A stretch of DNA of 64,000 nt from Actinophytocola sp. GTDB taxonomy: Bacteria > Actinomycetota > Actinomycetes > Mycobacteriales > Pseudonocardiaceae. The position numbers and the translations under genes are program-made. How positions within the stretch are numbered: position 1 is the stretch's first letter; every line of letters begins with the position of its first letter. The stretch covers positions 3,822 to 67,821 of the forward strand of contig NZ_DASUCC010000096.1 in the NCBI RefSeq assembly GCF_035762905.1, given 5' to 3'. The notes under the pieces are model-generated. The model did no database searches and had not been told where the DNA came from. It saw nothing but the letters and a program-made list of their open reading frames with translations. Shown here in pieces: positions 8,480 to 18,694 of this stretch.

Positions 8480-11260
8480 ATGGCGGTGCAGTTTCGCCTG
8501 CTTGGTGATATTGACGCGCGCGTCGACGACCAGCCGATCACTATTGGTTACGCACAACTGCGGTGCATGCTGGTGGTGTTGTTGATCGAGGCGAATCGCA
8601 CCGTGCCGGTGGACACAATTGTCGCTCGGGTGTGGGGCGACCGCCGGGTTCCGCACCGGCCGCGCGGTGCGGTCCAGCACGACATGACGCTGCTGCGCCG
8701 GGCGCTGCGTCCCGCCGGGGATGTCCGGATCACCTGGCGGTCCACCGGCTACCAGCTCACGGTGGATCCGGACGCGGTCGACGTGTACCGGTTCCGCGCG
8801 CTGATCCGCCTGGCCCGGAGCGCGGCCGACGACGAGCGCGCCGCGGAACTGTTCGAGCAGGCACTGGCCCTGTGGCGGGGGGACCCGCTCGCCGACCTGG
8901 ACACCCCGTGGATCAACTCGGTGCGCGCCACGCTGACCCAGCAGTACCACTCGGCCCAGCTGGATCTCACCGATCTACGGCTCCGCGCCGGCCAACACAC
9001 CACGTTGCTCGCCGAACTCGCCGAACGGGTCGAGCAGCAGCCGCTGGACGAACGCCTGAACGGGCAGTACATGCTCACGCTGTACCGAAACGGCCGCCAG
9101 GCCAGCGCCCTCGAGCACTACCGCCGGCTCTGGCAACGCCTTGCCAAGGAGCTGGGAACGGAGCCGAGCCCGCCACTGCGCCGGCTGCACCACCGGATCC
9201 TCACCGCCGATCCGGTGCTCGACACGGCGGCGGACCGGGCCGCGCGGCCGGTCGTGCCGCGGCAACTGCCGTCGGCGCCCCGGCTGTTCACCGGCCGCGG
9301 CCACGAACTCGCGATGCTCACCGAAACCCTGACCGCACACCGGGAGACCGCCGGGATCTGCGCTATCGGCGGGATTGGCGGGATCGGCAAGACGTGGCTC
9401 GCACTGCACTGGGCCCACCACCATCTCGACCGGTTCCCGGACGGCCAGTTGCACGTGAACCTGCGCGGTTTCGATCCCAGCGGAGAACCGATGACCGCGG
9501 TGACCGCCGTGCGCGGGTTCCTCGACGCCCTCGGCGCCGACCCGGCAACCGTTCCCCCGGATCCGCAGGCCCAGCTCGGCCTGTACCGCAGTCTGCTGGC
9601 GGGCAGGCGGATGCTGATCCTGTTGGACAACGCGCGCGACAGCGGCCAGGTGATCCCGTTGCTGCCGGGCAGCCCGACCTGCGCCGTGCTGGTGACCAGC
9701 CGCAGGCGGCTCACCGGCCTGATCACCGCGCAGTGCGCCCATTCGTTGACCCTCGACGTGCTCACCGAGACCGATGCGCACAGCCTCATCGCCCGCCACC
9801 TCGGCGTGCAGCGACTGGCCGCGGAGCCCCGCGCGGTCGCCGACCTGCTGAGCCACTGTGCCGGACTGCCGCTGGCACTGGGCATCGTGGCCGCCCGTGC
9901 GACGAGCCATCCCGGCTTTCCGCTGGCCGCGCTCGCCGACGAGCTGCACGACCACACCGACCGGCTCGACGCACTCGACGCCGGCGACACCCCGGCGAAC
10001 CTGCGCGCCGTGTTCTCGTGGTCGCGGCACGCGCTGTCCAACGAGGCTGCCGCCGTGTTCCGGTTGCTCGCACTCGCCCCCGGACCCGACATCGGTCTGC
10101 CGGCGGCGGCCAACCTCACCGGGCTACCGATCGCCCGGACCAGAACTCTGCTGCGCGAGCTCAGCGGCAGCCACCTGATCGGGCAACACGGGCCGGGCCG
10201 GTACCGCATGCACGACCTGATCCGGCTCTATGCCACCGATCAGACCCGGCACGAGCCGACCGATACGGCCGCGCTGCGCCGGCTCGTCGACTTCTACCTG
10301 CATACCGCGGCGGCCGCGGAACGGCTGCTCGGGTCGTACCGCCCACCCATCCCGATCGGGGCGCCCGAGCCCGGGTGCCGGCCACACCTGCTGCACGACG
10401 ACACCTCGGCGCTTGCCTGGTTCACCGCGGAGCATCCCAACCTGCTTGCGGCCCAACGTATTTCGCAGGAGCACGGCTGGCACGCGCAGGTCTGGCAGCT
10501 GGCCTGGGCCCTGGACATCTATCACTACCGGCGAGGCCGCCTCGCCGACGGGCTGACCGTGTGGCAGGCGGCGCAGGCGGCCGCCGAACGACTCGGTGAC
10601 CGCGCCACCCAGACCCTCGCGCACCGCCGCCTCGGCTACGCCTGCGCCCGGGTGGGTCGGCACGCCGAAGCCCGCCAGCACCTGCGGCAGGCATTGCGCC
10701 TTGCCGAGGCCACCAACGACCTTCGCGCCCAGGCCCACACGCATTACGTCCTCGCCCAGGCGTTGGCGCAGCACGGCAACGACCGGCAGGCCCTCGAGCA
10801 TGCGCTGAACACCCTGCGCCTGTACCGGACCCTTGACATGCCCGCACGGCAGGCCCGCGCGCTCGACCTCGCCGGACGATGCCACACCAGGCTCGGCGAC
10901 CACGACCAGGCCCGCAGCCATTGCGAAGCCGCCCTCGACCTGTTCCGCCAGCACCATGACCGCGACGGCGAAGCGTCCACATTGGACAACCTGGGACAGA
11001 TCGCACACCGCACCAGCGACCACGACCTGGCCCAGAACTACTACAACCAGGCACTCACCCTGCTCCGCGAACTCGGCAACACCTACCACGAAGCCGAGAC
11101 CCTCGAACACATCGGCCTGACCCAACAACACCTCGGCCAGCTCACCGCGGCCCACGCCAGCTGGCACCAAGCCCGAACCCTCTACCAATCCCAACACCGC
11201 ACCGACGACGCCGACCGGGTCGGCCGGCTTCTCACCGCATGCGACAGGTCAGGTGCGTGA
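8480..11260 (+). CDS. AfsR/SARP-family transcriptional regulator (wHTH-BTAD + NB-ARC ATPase + TPR)
   Basis: N-terminus MAVQFRLLGDI...; BTAD region (LWRGDPLADL, RLWQRLAKELGTEPSP); P-loop GIGGIGKTWLA; GLPLAL motif; C-terminal TPR repeats. RBS GAGGAGG before ATG 8480. Confidence 0.9.
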   Translation: MAVQFRLLGDIDARVDDQPITIGYAQLRCMLVVLLIEANRTVPVDTIVARVWGDRRVPHRPRGAVQHDMTLLRRALRPAGDVRITWRSTGYQLTVDPDAVDVYRFRALIRLARSAADDERAAELFEQALALWRGDPLADLDTPWINSVRATLTQQYHSAQLDLTDLRLRAGQHTTLLAELAERVEQQPLDERLNGQYMLTLYRNGRQASALEHYRRLWQRLAKELGTEPSPPLRRLHHRILTADPVLDTAADRAARPVVPRQLPSAPRLFTGRGHELAMLTETLTAHRETAGICAIGGIGGIGKTWLALHWAHHHLDRFPDGQLHVNLRGFDPSGEPMTAVTAVRGFLDALGADPATVPPDPQAQLGLYRSLLAGRRMLILLDNARDSGQVIPLLPGSPTCAVLVTSRRRLTGLITAQCAHSLTLDVLTETDAHSLIARHLGVQRLAAEPRAVADLLSHCAGLPLALGIVAARATSHPGFPLAALADELHDHTDRLDALDAGDTPANLRAVFSWSRHALSNEAAAVFRLLALAPGPDIGLPAAANLTGLPIARTRTLLRELSGSHLIGQHGPGRYRMHDLIRLYATDQTRHEPTDTAALRRLVDFYLHTAAAAERLLGSYRPPIPIGAPEPGCRPHLLHDDTSALAWFTAEHPNLLAAQRISQEHGWHAQVWQLAWALDIYHYRRGRLADGLTVWQAAQAAAERLGDRATQTLAHRRLGYACARVGRHAEARQHLRQALRLAEATNDLRAQAHTHYVLAQALAQHGNDRQALEHALNTLRLYRTLDMPARQARALDLAGRCHTRLGDHDQARSHCEAALDLFRQHHDRDGEASTLDNLGQIAHRTSDHDLAQNYYNQALTLLRELGNTYHEAETLEHIGLTQQHLGQLTAAHASWHQARTLYQSQHRTDDADRVGRLLTACDRSGA

Positions 11261-11313
11261 CCGAACCGGTCGCCCGGAACTATGGCGTCCGGTTGGGGCG
11301 GTGCGGAGAATCG

Positions 11314-12261
11314 ATGATCGTGGCGCATCCTGAGGAGTTGGCGGGCCTGGATCTGTACCGGGTCTGGGCCGGTGCGGGGGAGTTGGCCGGCGGGTTCGAT
11401 CCGTTCCGGTTCCAGCAGCGGATGGCGGCCTACCGGTCGATGATCCGCAACACCAACCCGGGCCAGCGGTTCGGCGCGGACAACCGGCGCAACCCGTTGT
11501 GGGGGTTGATGTTTCAGCACCAGTGGCAGTTCCGCACCGGTCGGCTGGGCGATCCCGCCAAGCAGGACGGATGGATTGATCCGGACGCGCCGTGGGGGTA
11601 TGGCAACTACACGCTGTGTGTGCCGCCGTATCTGGGTGCCTCGGCCGCCGGAGTGGTGCCGGACCTGCCGGTGGCCGATCCACCGGGCGGGCGCCGGTTC
11701 CGTTACGTGGTGGGCGGAGTCGTCCCGAGGGAGTTGGCCAGGGGCGTGGCCGACTGGCGCGCCTACTTCACCCTGGTGGCGGGCGGCGGATCGGCCGATT
11801 CGGAGCCGGTCCGGCTGGCCTTGTGGAAGGCGCACAAGAGCTGTCTGGACGTGGTGGTCGACGCGATCACCGGTATCGACGCCCCGCCGTGGCCGGAGTT
11901 GGAGATCACGTTCCTGCGCGGTTGGTGCCGGATGGTCGACTACCTGTGGGTGGCGGCCTGGCCGACCGACTTCGCCTTCATGACCGAGCACGGCCTCGAC
12001 GTGCTGCCCGAGCGACTGCTCGGCACGCCGGCCGACCTGCGCGCGCTGCCGGACAAGGCCCGCCGCAACACCGCCAACATCCTGCGCCTTGCCGGCACGC
12101 CGGCCTGGCGCTACCGGCTCAACCTCGCGCTGTGGAAACGGGTCATGCGCACCCGGGCAGCCCGCGACCAGGTGCTGCCCCTGCTCGACGCGGTGTTCAA
12201 CCCCCGCCCCGACAACGCCGCGCAACGCCGCAGGCTCCTCGGCTACCTGCTGCGCCCATGA
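11314..12261 (+). CDS. Hypothetical protein, possibly Leg1/DUF781-related
   Basis: Good GC3 bias. GGAG RBS before ATG 11314. The motif NPLWGLMFQHQWQFRTGRLGDP resembles, from memory only, the conserved LWGLPLQxGWQxRxGRLxDP block of vertebrate LEG1. Confidence 0.55.
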   Translation: MIVAHPEELAGLDLYRVWAGAGELAGGFDPFRFQQRMAAYRSMIRNTNPGQRFGADNRRNPLWGLMFQHQWQFRTGRLGDPAKQDGWIDPDAPWGYGNYTLCVPPYLGASAAGVVPDLPVADPPGGRRFRYVVGGVVPRELARGVADWRAYFTLVAGGGSADSEPVRLALWKAHKSCLDVVVDAITGIDAPPWPELEITFLRGWCRMVDYLWVAAWPTDFAFMTEHGLDVLPERLLGTPADLRALPDKARRNTANILRLAGTPAWRYRLNLALWKRVMRTRAARDQVLPLLDAVFNPRPDNAAQRRRLLGYLLRP

Positions 12262-12282
12262 CCCTGATCGCATCCGGTTCGG

Positions 12283-13173
12283 TCAACGGGGTCCGAGCAC
12301 CTGGCGGGCCACGTGGTCCTGGCGCTGCCTGAGTGCCAGCCATTCGCCGGTCAGGTCCGCGTGCGCGGTCAGCCAATCGTCCTGGAGTTCGGCCAAGCGG
12401 GCGTAGGCCGTGTCGAGGTATCCGGTTTCCCGTTTGCACCGCAGGTCCGCGCGCAGCGCCGGGTCGGTGGCCGCAACGACGTCATCCGGCAGCTTGTCCA
12501 GCAGGTCGCCCGGGTTCGCGGCGTCGATCCCGAACCGGTTCACACACGTCCGCCAGCGCTGGGTGGCGGCGAGGAAGGCCGGATCCCGGTCGAGTCGTTC
12601 CCTGGCGTCGCGTTCGCCGTCGTAGAGTCGCAGCCGCAACTCCGACGCCCGTTGTCGCTGGTCGCCGAGCAGGCGGTACTCCGCGTCGGCCAGGCAGCCG
12701 GTGCCCGGCGACGATATCTCCAACCGTTCGCCGCGCGCGACCATGCGCTGGTCGGGATCGCCGAACAGCACGCGGGCGTACTCCTCGCTGTGGACGGGCT
12801 CGGCCGGCGCCGGCTCGGTCGTGAGGTCGTCGAGCGACTCCAGCCCGAACGGCTGCAGCGCGGCAAGTGCCTCGGCCTCGGTGATGTCCTCGACGTGGGT
12901 GGCGTAGCTCAGGCCGTGTGCGGCCATGCAGTTGGTGACGAGCACCTCCCGTGCCTCGGAGATCCGTCGGTCCTGGTCGTCGGGCACGTACATCATGCGG
13001 TACATGGGCGGGACGACGCGGGTGTCGGCCTGCCCGGTGGCGACGTGCGGCGCCGAGCCGGACAGCAGCAGCGCGGTGAGCCCGGCGGCGAGCGTGGCCG
13101 CGATCGCGCGGACGTGCCGTCCCGGCGGCGAGCCGCCGGAACGGGCACGGTCGTGGTTCAGTTGCTGAGGCAT
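12283..13173 (-). CDS. Hypothetical secreted/membrane-anchored protein
   Basis: Hydrophobic N-terminus VRAIAATLAAGLTALLLSG after MPQQLNH. Acidic, helical remainder with 4 Cys. Start uncertain: ATG 13173 overlaps the upstream stop by 16 nt. Confidence 0.5.
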   Translation of the reverse strand: MPQQLNHDRARSGGSPPGRHVRAIAATLAAGLTALLLSGSAPHVATGQADTRVVPPMYRMMYVPDDQDRRISEAREVLVTNCMAAHGLSYATHVEDITEAEALAALQPFGLESLDDLTTEPAPAEPVHSEEYARVLFGDPDQRMVARGERLEISSPGTGCLADAEYRLLGDQRQRASELRLRLYDGERDARERLDRDPAFLAATQRWRTCVNRFGIDAANPGDLLDKLPDDVVAATDPALRADLRCKRETGYLDTAYARLAELQDDWLTAHADLTGEWLALRQRQDHVARQVLGPR

Positions 13174-13718
13174 ACGACCGAAGTCCTCGGCCTCAAGCGC
13201 AGGGAACTGGCCCTCTCCCGCAGATTGCTCGGCAGGGAATTGACGGTCGCACCCGGGTTCACGCAGAACAGGAAACCCGAGTGGAACTCCCCGTCGTAGT
13301 AGTGGCTTTCGCGGTTGCCGGTGGAGGAGTTGCTGGCCGCCCACGCGTTGTTGTTGACGGGTTGGCCGGCGCCGAACCCGTCGCCGCCGCCGAACGTGTC
13401 ATTTCGGAAGTGGTCGACGGAGTCGAAGTACTGCTTCTTCGACGAGAACACGTCGAAGAAGAACAGGCAATGGAAGCCGTTGCTGCAGTTGGCGCCGGCC
13501 ACCGTCGGCGGCTGCGCGCCCGATTTCGCCGGGTCCGGTCTCGAGATCCTCGGGTCCGCACCGGCATCGGCCGACGGTTGGCCGGCCGTGGCGCCGGTGT
13601 CGTCCGCGGTCGCCGCGATCGGGCCGGCGAGCACGAGCGACCCGACGACGGCCGCGACGATCGCCGCGATACCGGGCGCCCGCCGGTTCCGTCCAAACAG
13701 GACAGGAGCGAGTTTCAC
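13158..13718 (-). CDS. Secreted protein, peptidase-inhibitor I36 (SMPI / beta-gamma-crystallin-like) family candidate
   Basis: Signal peptide, Pro/Ala linker, then CSNGFHCLFFF...NNNAWAASNSS...FCVNPG...RASSLRL, which fits the I36 pattern (C-x-G-x-x-C-x-F ... N-D/N-x-A-S-S). Confidence 0.55.
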   Translation of the reverse strand: MKLAPVLFGRNRRAPGIAAIVAAVVGSLVLAGPIAATADDTGATAGQPSADAGADPRISRPDPAKSGAQPPTVAGANCSNGFHCLFFFDVFSSKKQYFDSVDHFRNDTFGGGDGFGAGQPVNNNAWAASNSSTGNRESHYYDGEFHSGFLFCVNPGATVNSLPSNLRERASSLRLRPRTSVVCLSN

Positions 13719-13880
13719 TGAAAACCCCCTTCGTGGATGGCCGCGACCACAGGATCTGCTTCCCCCCGGCTCGGTCCGGGTTCCTGGCCCAGCCGTGGCA
13801 CAGCCTGGTGGCGGGGCGGTGCAAAAACCTTGAACGAATCCGACGGGCCACTGTGGTGACGCGCGAAACGTGCCAGGTCG

Positions 13881-16800
13881 CTAGTGGGCGAGTTGGCCGA
13901 GCCGGTGCGGCTCGGGCTGTGTCCTCTCGCACCAGACCCGGGCACTCGCGGTACAGGCGTAGAGCGCATCGGGGTTCCACCCGGCCGCCGGGCCGGGTGG
14001 TGGCGCCGGGTCCAGGCCGAGGGTTCGCGCGGCGGCGTCGGCGAAGCCGATCGGAACCGGCAGGCCGAGTTCACGGCGAAGGGTGTCCCAGCGCAGCGCC
14101 AGCTCCTGGCTGGCCGCCTCGTCACCGAGATCGGCGGCGATCAGGGCGGCTTCCAGGACGCCGGTGAACGTGAGCTTGAACTGGGAACGGCCGGTGGCTG
14201 CCGTGAAACCGCCGCACAGGGTCCGCCGGGCCGCCGCCGGCCGGCCACTGCGCCGTTGTGCCTCCGCGAGCAGGATCTGCAGATACACCAGGCGCGAAGC
14301 CAGCGGCGGATACGTGGCCCGCAGCTCCGCCCACGCCTGCTCGAGGAAGCGGCATGCGGTGTCCACCTGCCCGCTGGCGAGGTAGAACAAGGCGATCACG
14401 CGACGGGGGCTGTCCTGCTCGGCGGCGTGCGCCACATCGCCGAGCAGTTCGAGGAGGCGGTCGACCAGACGCGCCGCATCGGCAAGGTCACCGAGGCCGA
14501 GCGCCGCCTCGATCCGCACGGTCAACATCGCGGCCAGTGACGAGGGGCGATGTCGACTCCCCGGCCGTCATAGTCGAGGCTCAACGCCAGTGCCTGCTCG
14601 TACCGGCCCCACGTGGCCAGCGCGATGCCGGCCGCGTTGGTCACGGTGAGCACGTCGTCGTCCTCCGCCGACCGGCGCGCCACGGCCGCGGTCGACTCGA
14701 TGTCGGACAGGACCGACGGGTCGAGCAGAGCCTGTTTCGCGTTGAGGATCCCGGCCCTTCCCTCCAGGAACTCCCGGGGCCGAAGGGTTCTCAGGTCACC
14801 GATCGTCTCCTGCATGAGGCGCAGCCCGCGCAGCTCGTCCTCGGTGAACTTGACGAGCAGCGCCCGGTGGAACCGGAGCAGGGCGTGCACCTCGGACCGC
14901 TCCTCGATGCCCGGTACCGACAGGGCGCGGTCGAGCAGGCCGCGGCCCTCGGCGAGGTAGCCGGGGTGCAGCAGCCAGAACTCGAAGATCCGGGCGACGA
15001 TCTCGGCCGCGTCGAGAGCGCGGCCATTCTGGAAGCCGAATTCCAGGCATTGCCGCAGGTTCGCCGCGTCCGGCTCCATCGCGCGCAGGCCCGCGACCCG
15101 GTGGTGGTAGCGGGGCAGCCGATCGACCCGGTTCGCCCGGGCCAGCCAGTGATCAAGGTGACGGGCCGCGGTGAGCGCGTGCTCGCCGAAGTCCGTCAGG
15201 TGCCTTGCCGCGAAGTTCCTGATCACTTCGAGCAGGCGGTACCGCCGCGAACCGTCCTGGTCAAACGGTTGCACCAGCGAGCGGTCGACCAGGGCGGCGA
15301 GGGTCGCCGCCGTCCGGTCGCCATCCAGTGGTGCGAACCCGCAGACCACCTCGGAGTCCGGTGCTCCGAACCCGTCCACGAACACCGACAGGCGCGCGAA
15401 GAGCCGGCGCTGCGGTTCGGTCAACAGCTGGAACGACCAGTCGAGCGTCGCGTCCAACGTGCGGTGGCGCGAGTCATTTCTCGCGCTGGTACGGAAGAGC
15501 AGGGTCATGTTGTGGCCCAGCCGGTAGACCAGATCATCGAAGGCGAAGGTCCTGGCCCGCGCGGCCACCAGTTCCAGCGCCAGCGGCAGTCCGTCGAGCC
15601 GGCGGCAGATCTCCGCGATGTACTGGAGGTCCCGGTCGGTGACGGTGACCGACGGGGCCGAGTTCCGGACCCGTTCGACGAACATCGCCACGGCAGGGTT
15701 GGACAGGTCCGCGGCCCGGTCCCGTGCCGGTACGGCCAGCGGCTCGAGGGTGAACATGGCCTCGCCCGACACGCTCAACGGCTGCCGGGACGTGGTCAGG
15801 ATGACGAGATCCGGGCAGTTGCCGAGAAGTCGCAGCACGAGCTCGCCGACCTCGGCCGCGAGGTGCTCGCAGTTGTCGAGTACCAGCAGGCTCGGGCCGC
15901 CGCCCAGGATTCGTTCGACCGTGACGAACGGGTCCCGGCCGTCGTCCGCCCCACCGAGCAGCGCGCGCAGCGTGTGCACGGCCTGCCGCACCGACGGGGC
16001 CGTCGCGAGCGGCACGGCGACGCCGGACATGCGGCGTCGCCGCGCCACGGTATGGGCGACGTCCAGCGCGATCGCGGTCTTGCCGCAGCCGCCCACGCCC
16101 GTCACGGTGACCAGCCTGTTCCGCTCCAGAAGGCGGATCAGCCCGGCGCGCTCGTCCTCGCGCCCGATCAGGCGGGTGAGGTGTGGTCGCAGTCCGCGCC
16201 ACAGCGGTTCGTCGCGCTGTCGGTGTGCGGGCGGCCGCGGAACAGCCGAGGTCGCCCGCAGGATCTCCTGATGAACGGTGCGGAGCCCGGATCCGGGTTC
16301 GGCGCCCAGTTCGCGCACGATCCGGCGGCGAGTCGCGGCGTAGCACTCCAGGGCTTCGGCGCTGCGCCCGACCGCGTGCAGCGCGCGCATGAGTTGCCCG
16401 ACGAGCGACTCGGCGAACGGATATTCGGACACCAGCATATTGAGCTGGTCGATCACCAGGCCATGCTCACCCATTTTCAGTTCCAGATCGGACCATTCCA
16501 CGGCAGCATTGATGCGGTACTGCTCGAGCTGATGCCGGGCGCCGTCCGCCCATTCCCCGACGATTCCGTCCAACGGTCTGCCCCGCCATTGGTGAAGCGC
16601 CTCCCGCAGCAGCGATCGCCGCTGCTGGTCGGCCGCCTGGCGGTCGCGTGCCTGCTCAACCAGGTGCCGGAACCGTTGGCAATCGATCGTGGTGGCCGGG
16701 ACGTCGAGAACATATCCGCCGGTGATGCGCCGGAGTGGAACCCCGCGGTCGACGCCCGGCAGCTGACGCCGCAGTACCGCGCGCAGCCGGGCCATGTAAC

Positions 16801-16996
16801 TGTAGAGCGTGTTTCTGGCCTGGTCGGGAGGTGCCGCACCCCAGACGCGGTCGACGAGCGTTTCCACCGATACGGGTTGGCCGACGGACAGCATGAGCAC
16901 CGCCAAAACGCTCCGCTGTTTCACCGGGCCGAGGTCCACCCGCTCGCCACTGACCCACAACTCAACAGGCCCCAGAGCCCGGAATTCGGCGGTGAT
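13881..16996 (-). pseudogene. AfsR/SARP-family regulator split by a frameshift (ORFs 14522..16960 and 13881..14528)
   Basis: The 812-aa ORF carries wHTH/BTAD, NB-ARC (VTGVGGCGKTAIA, GLPLAL) and the first TPRs, and stops at 14522. A 215-aa TPR-like ORF continues in another frame with a 7-nt overlap. The combined length of about 1030 aa matches intact AfsR-type paralogs in this window. The conserved N-terminus (ITAEFRALGPVEL) extends upstream of the first canonical start. Confidence 0.6.
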
Positions 16997-17060
16997 CGTC
17001 TGATCCCCCCTGTGCCGCCCGATCCGTCACCGTGAGTAAACCACAGAGGTGAGGACGGCC

Positions 17061-17090
17061 TCAAGGTGAGATTCAAGATTCTTTCAAGGT
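17061..17090. repeat. Three phased direct heptamers TCAAGGT / TCAAGAT / TCAAGGT
   Basis: Repeat starts at 17061, 17073 and 17084 (12- and 11-bp spacing) in the AT-richer spacer 65-95 nt upstream of the SARP gene start. Confidence 0.45.
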
Positions 17091-17192
17091 TAGTCCATTA
17101 ACGGCAAGTGACCATTTGAATACGGCCGGTCCGACCGGGATGAACTGGATGCCCGCCAATTGGTTCAAATGTTTTCGATGAGGTCTTCGCCC

Positions 17193-18368
17193 TCACCGAG
17201 GGTCGCAGGCCTCGTGCAGGCAGCGCAGCGGATCGGCCGCGTGGTAGGGATGTTCGGAGCGTTCGATAGCGGTGAGGAAGCCGTGGTAGATGATCGCGCC
17301 GCGCAGTGCGTCCAGTGGTCGCATCAGTTCGAGAGCTTCTTCGGGCCGGCTTGCCGGCAGCTCCGATCGCCAGTGTGCGCACCAGTGGTCGAGCAGCACC
17401 TGCCGGTACTCGGGTGGCGCTCGGTTGGCCAGGGTGAGCACGTCGGCGGCGGGGTGGCCGATGGTGCTGTCACCCCAGTCCAGGATCGCCCGGGTGCCAC
17501 CGTCGGAGCGCACGTTGCCGCGGTGGAAGTCGCCGTGCACCAACGTGTTCGGTATTCCACATGCGGCAAGGGCGGCGAACCGGGTGGGCATCCGGTCGAC
17601 CAACCGGGCCAGTGACGCCCGCAGATCCGGCCTCAGCTCGGGTGTCCAGTGCTCGACGACCGTCCGTGCGGCGTGGGTGAACGGTTCGGCGCGGCGGTCC
17701 GGTACGCCCATCGCGAGCAGTTCGGTGAGGTGGCCGGCCGCCGCGACCTGTACCGGGAGCAGGTCGTCGAGCATGGCCACGGTCTCGTCGAGTCCGGCGT
17801 CGTACCGATCGGTCCCGGGGACGTCCTCGAGCAGCATCCGCGCGCCGTCGGCACCGAGCAGCCGCGGGGCCACGCCCGGCATTCGGGTGTTCAACCACGT
17901 GAGCACGGCCGGTTCGTGGCCGAAGAACGGCGGCACCTCCTTGAGCCACGCGCCCTCGAGCCGCCAGATCGACGACAGGTTCCAGGTCCGTTGCTGATCC
18001 GCCGCGCCGATCCCACCGAGCATCCGGTGCGCCCACGCCAGACCGGCCGCCGGACCACCTGGACTCGCCCACGGCATGCGCAGCGGATCCGGTGCCGTCC
18101 AACCGGTTCCGTCCGCGACCGTGCGTGAGCAACCCGCCGGCAGCCGCCCGTCGTACTCGGCGAGGTAGGTCACCGCGCCCCCGGGCGGCCGCGACCGGTC
18201 GGCTTTCAGCAGCCGCAGAACGACCACATCGATGCCGTGGACCTGGCGGGCGCCGGCCACCACGTCCCAGACCTCCTGCCACCACGGCAACTCCACCGCA
18301 TACGGCGAAAGCACTCCCCTTGGCCCGCCTCGGGAATCCACCAACGCGAGCGTGACCAACCTCCCCAC
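17193..18368 (-). CDS. Phosphotransferase (APH / choline-kinase fold) family protein
   Basis: Catalytic loop LVHGDFHRGNV and ILDWGDSTIGHPAADV (Brenner and DxD-like motifs of APH-fold kinases). Confidence 0.75.
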   Translation of the reverse strand: MGRLVTLALVDSRGGPRGVLSPYAVELPWWQEVWDVVAGARQVHGIDVVVLRLLKADRSRPPGGAVTYLAEYDGRLPAGCSRTVADGTGWTAPDPLRMPWASPGGPAAGLAWAHRMLGGIGAADQQRTWNLSSIWRLEGAWLKEVPPFFGHEPAVLTWLNTRMPGVAPRLLGADGARMLLEDVPGTDRYDAGLDETVAMLDDLLPVQVAAAGHLTELLAMGVPDRRAEPFTHAARTVVEHWTPELRPDLRASLARLVDRMPTRFAALAACGIPNTLVHGDFHRGNVRSDGGTRAILDWGDSTIGHPAADVLTLANRAPPEYRQVLLDHWCAHWRSELPASRPEEALELMRPLDALRGAIIYHGFLTAIERSEHPYHAADPLRCLHEACDPR

Positions 18369-18694
18369 AAGGCAACGACCCTACGCGGCCCACACCGCCC
18401 GGGCATCCGGATATCCGGTAATCTACGAGCCGTATGGTGAGGGCGGCCCGTTTCCGATTGACTTTCTTCGGGACCTGCCGGGGCTGCGAGGTATTCAGCT
18501 GGCTGCTGAGGCGGTCCTCGACCCGACGATCGTACACCTGGCCGGTTTGCAGGCCGTCATTCTGGAGACCCGGCCGAAGGGTCGCCTCGAATTCGGCCAA
18601 CTCCCTGATTCGGCGTGTCGCCCTCGACTCGGAAACCGTGGTCGTGTTCGCCGAACGCGCTGCGAGCAGGCCGCGTCGCGGAGGTTTCCGGTGG

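Noticed and set aside
18369-18694. Possible small gene or gene relic between the APH-fold kinase and hrpB. ORFs exist on both strands, for example the minus-strand MAEFEATLRPGLQNDG... .
   Set aside because: Third-position composition is mixed, and there is no RBS or recognisable motif on either strand. Left unannotated.
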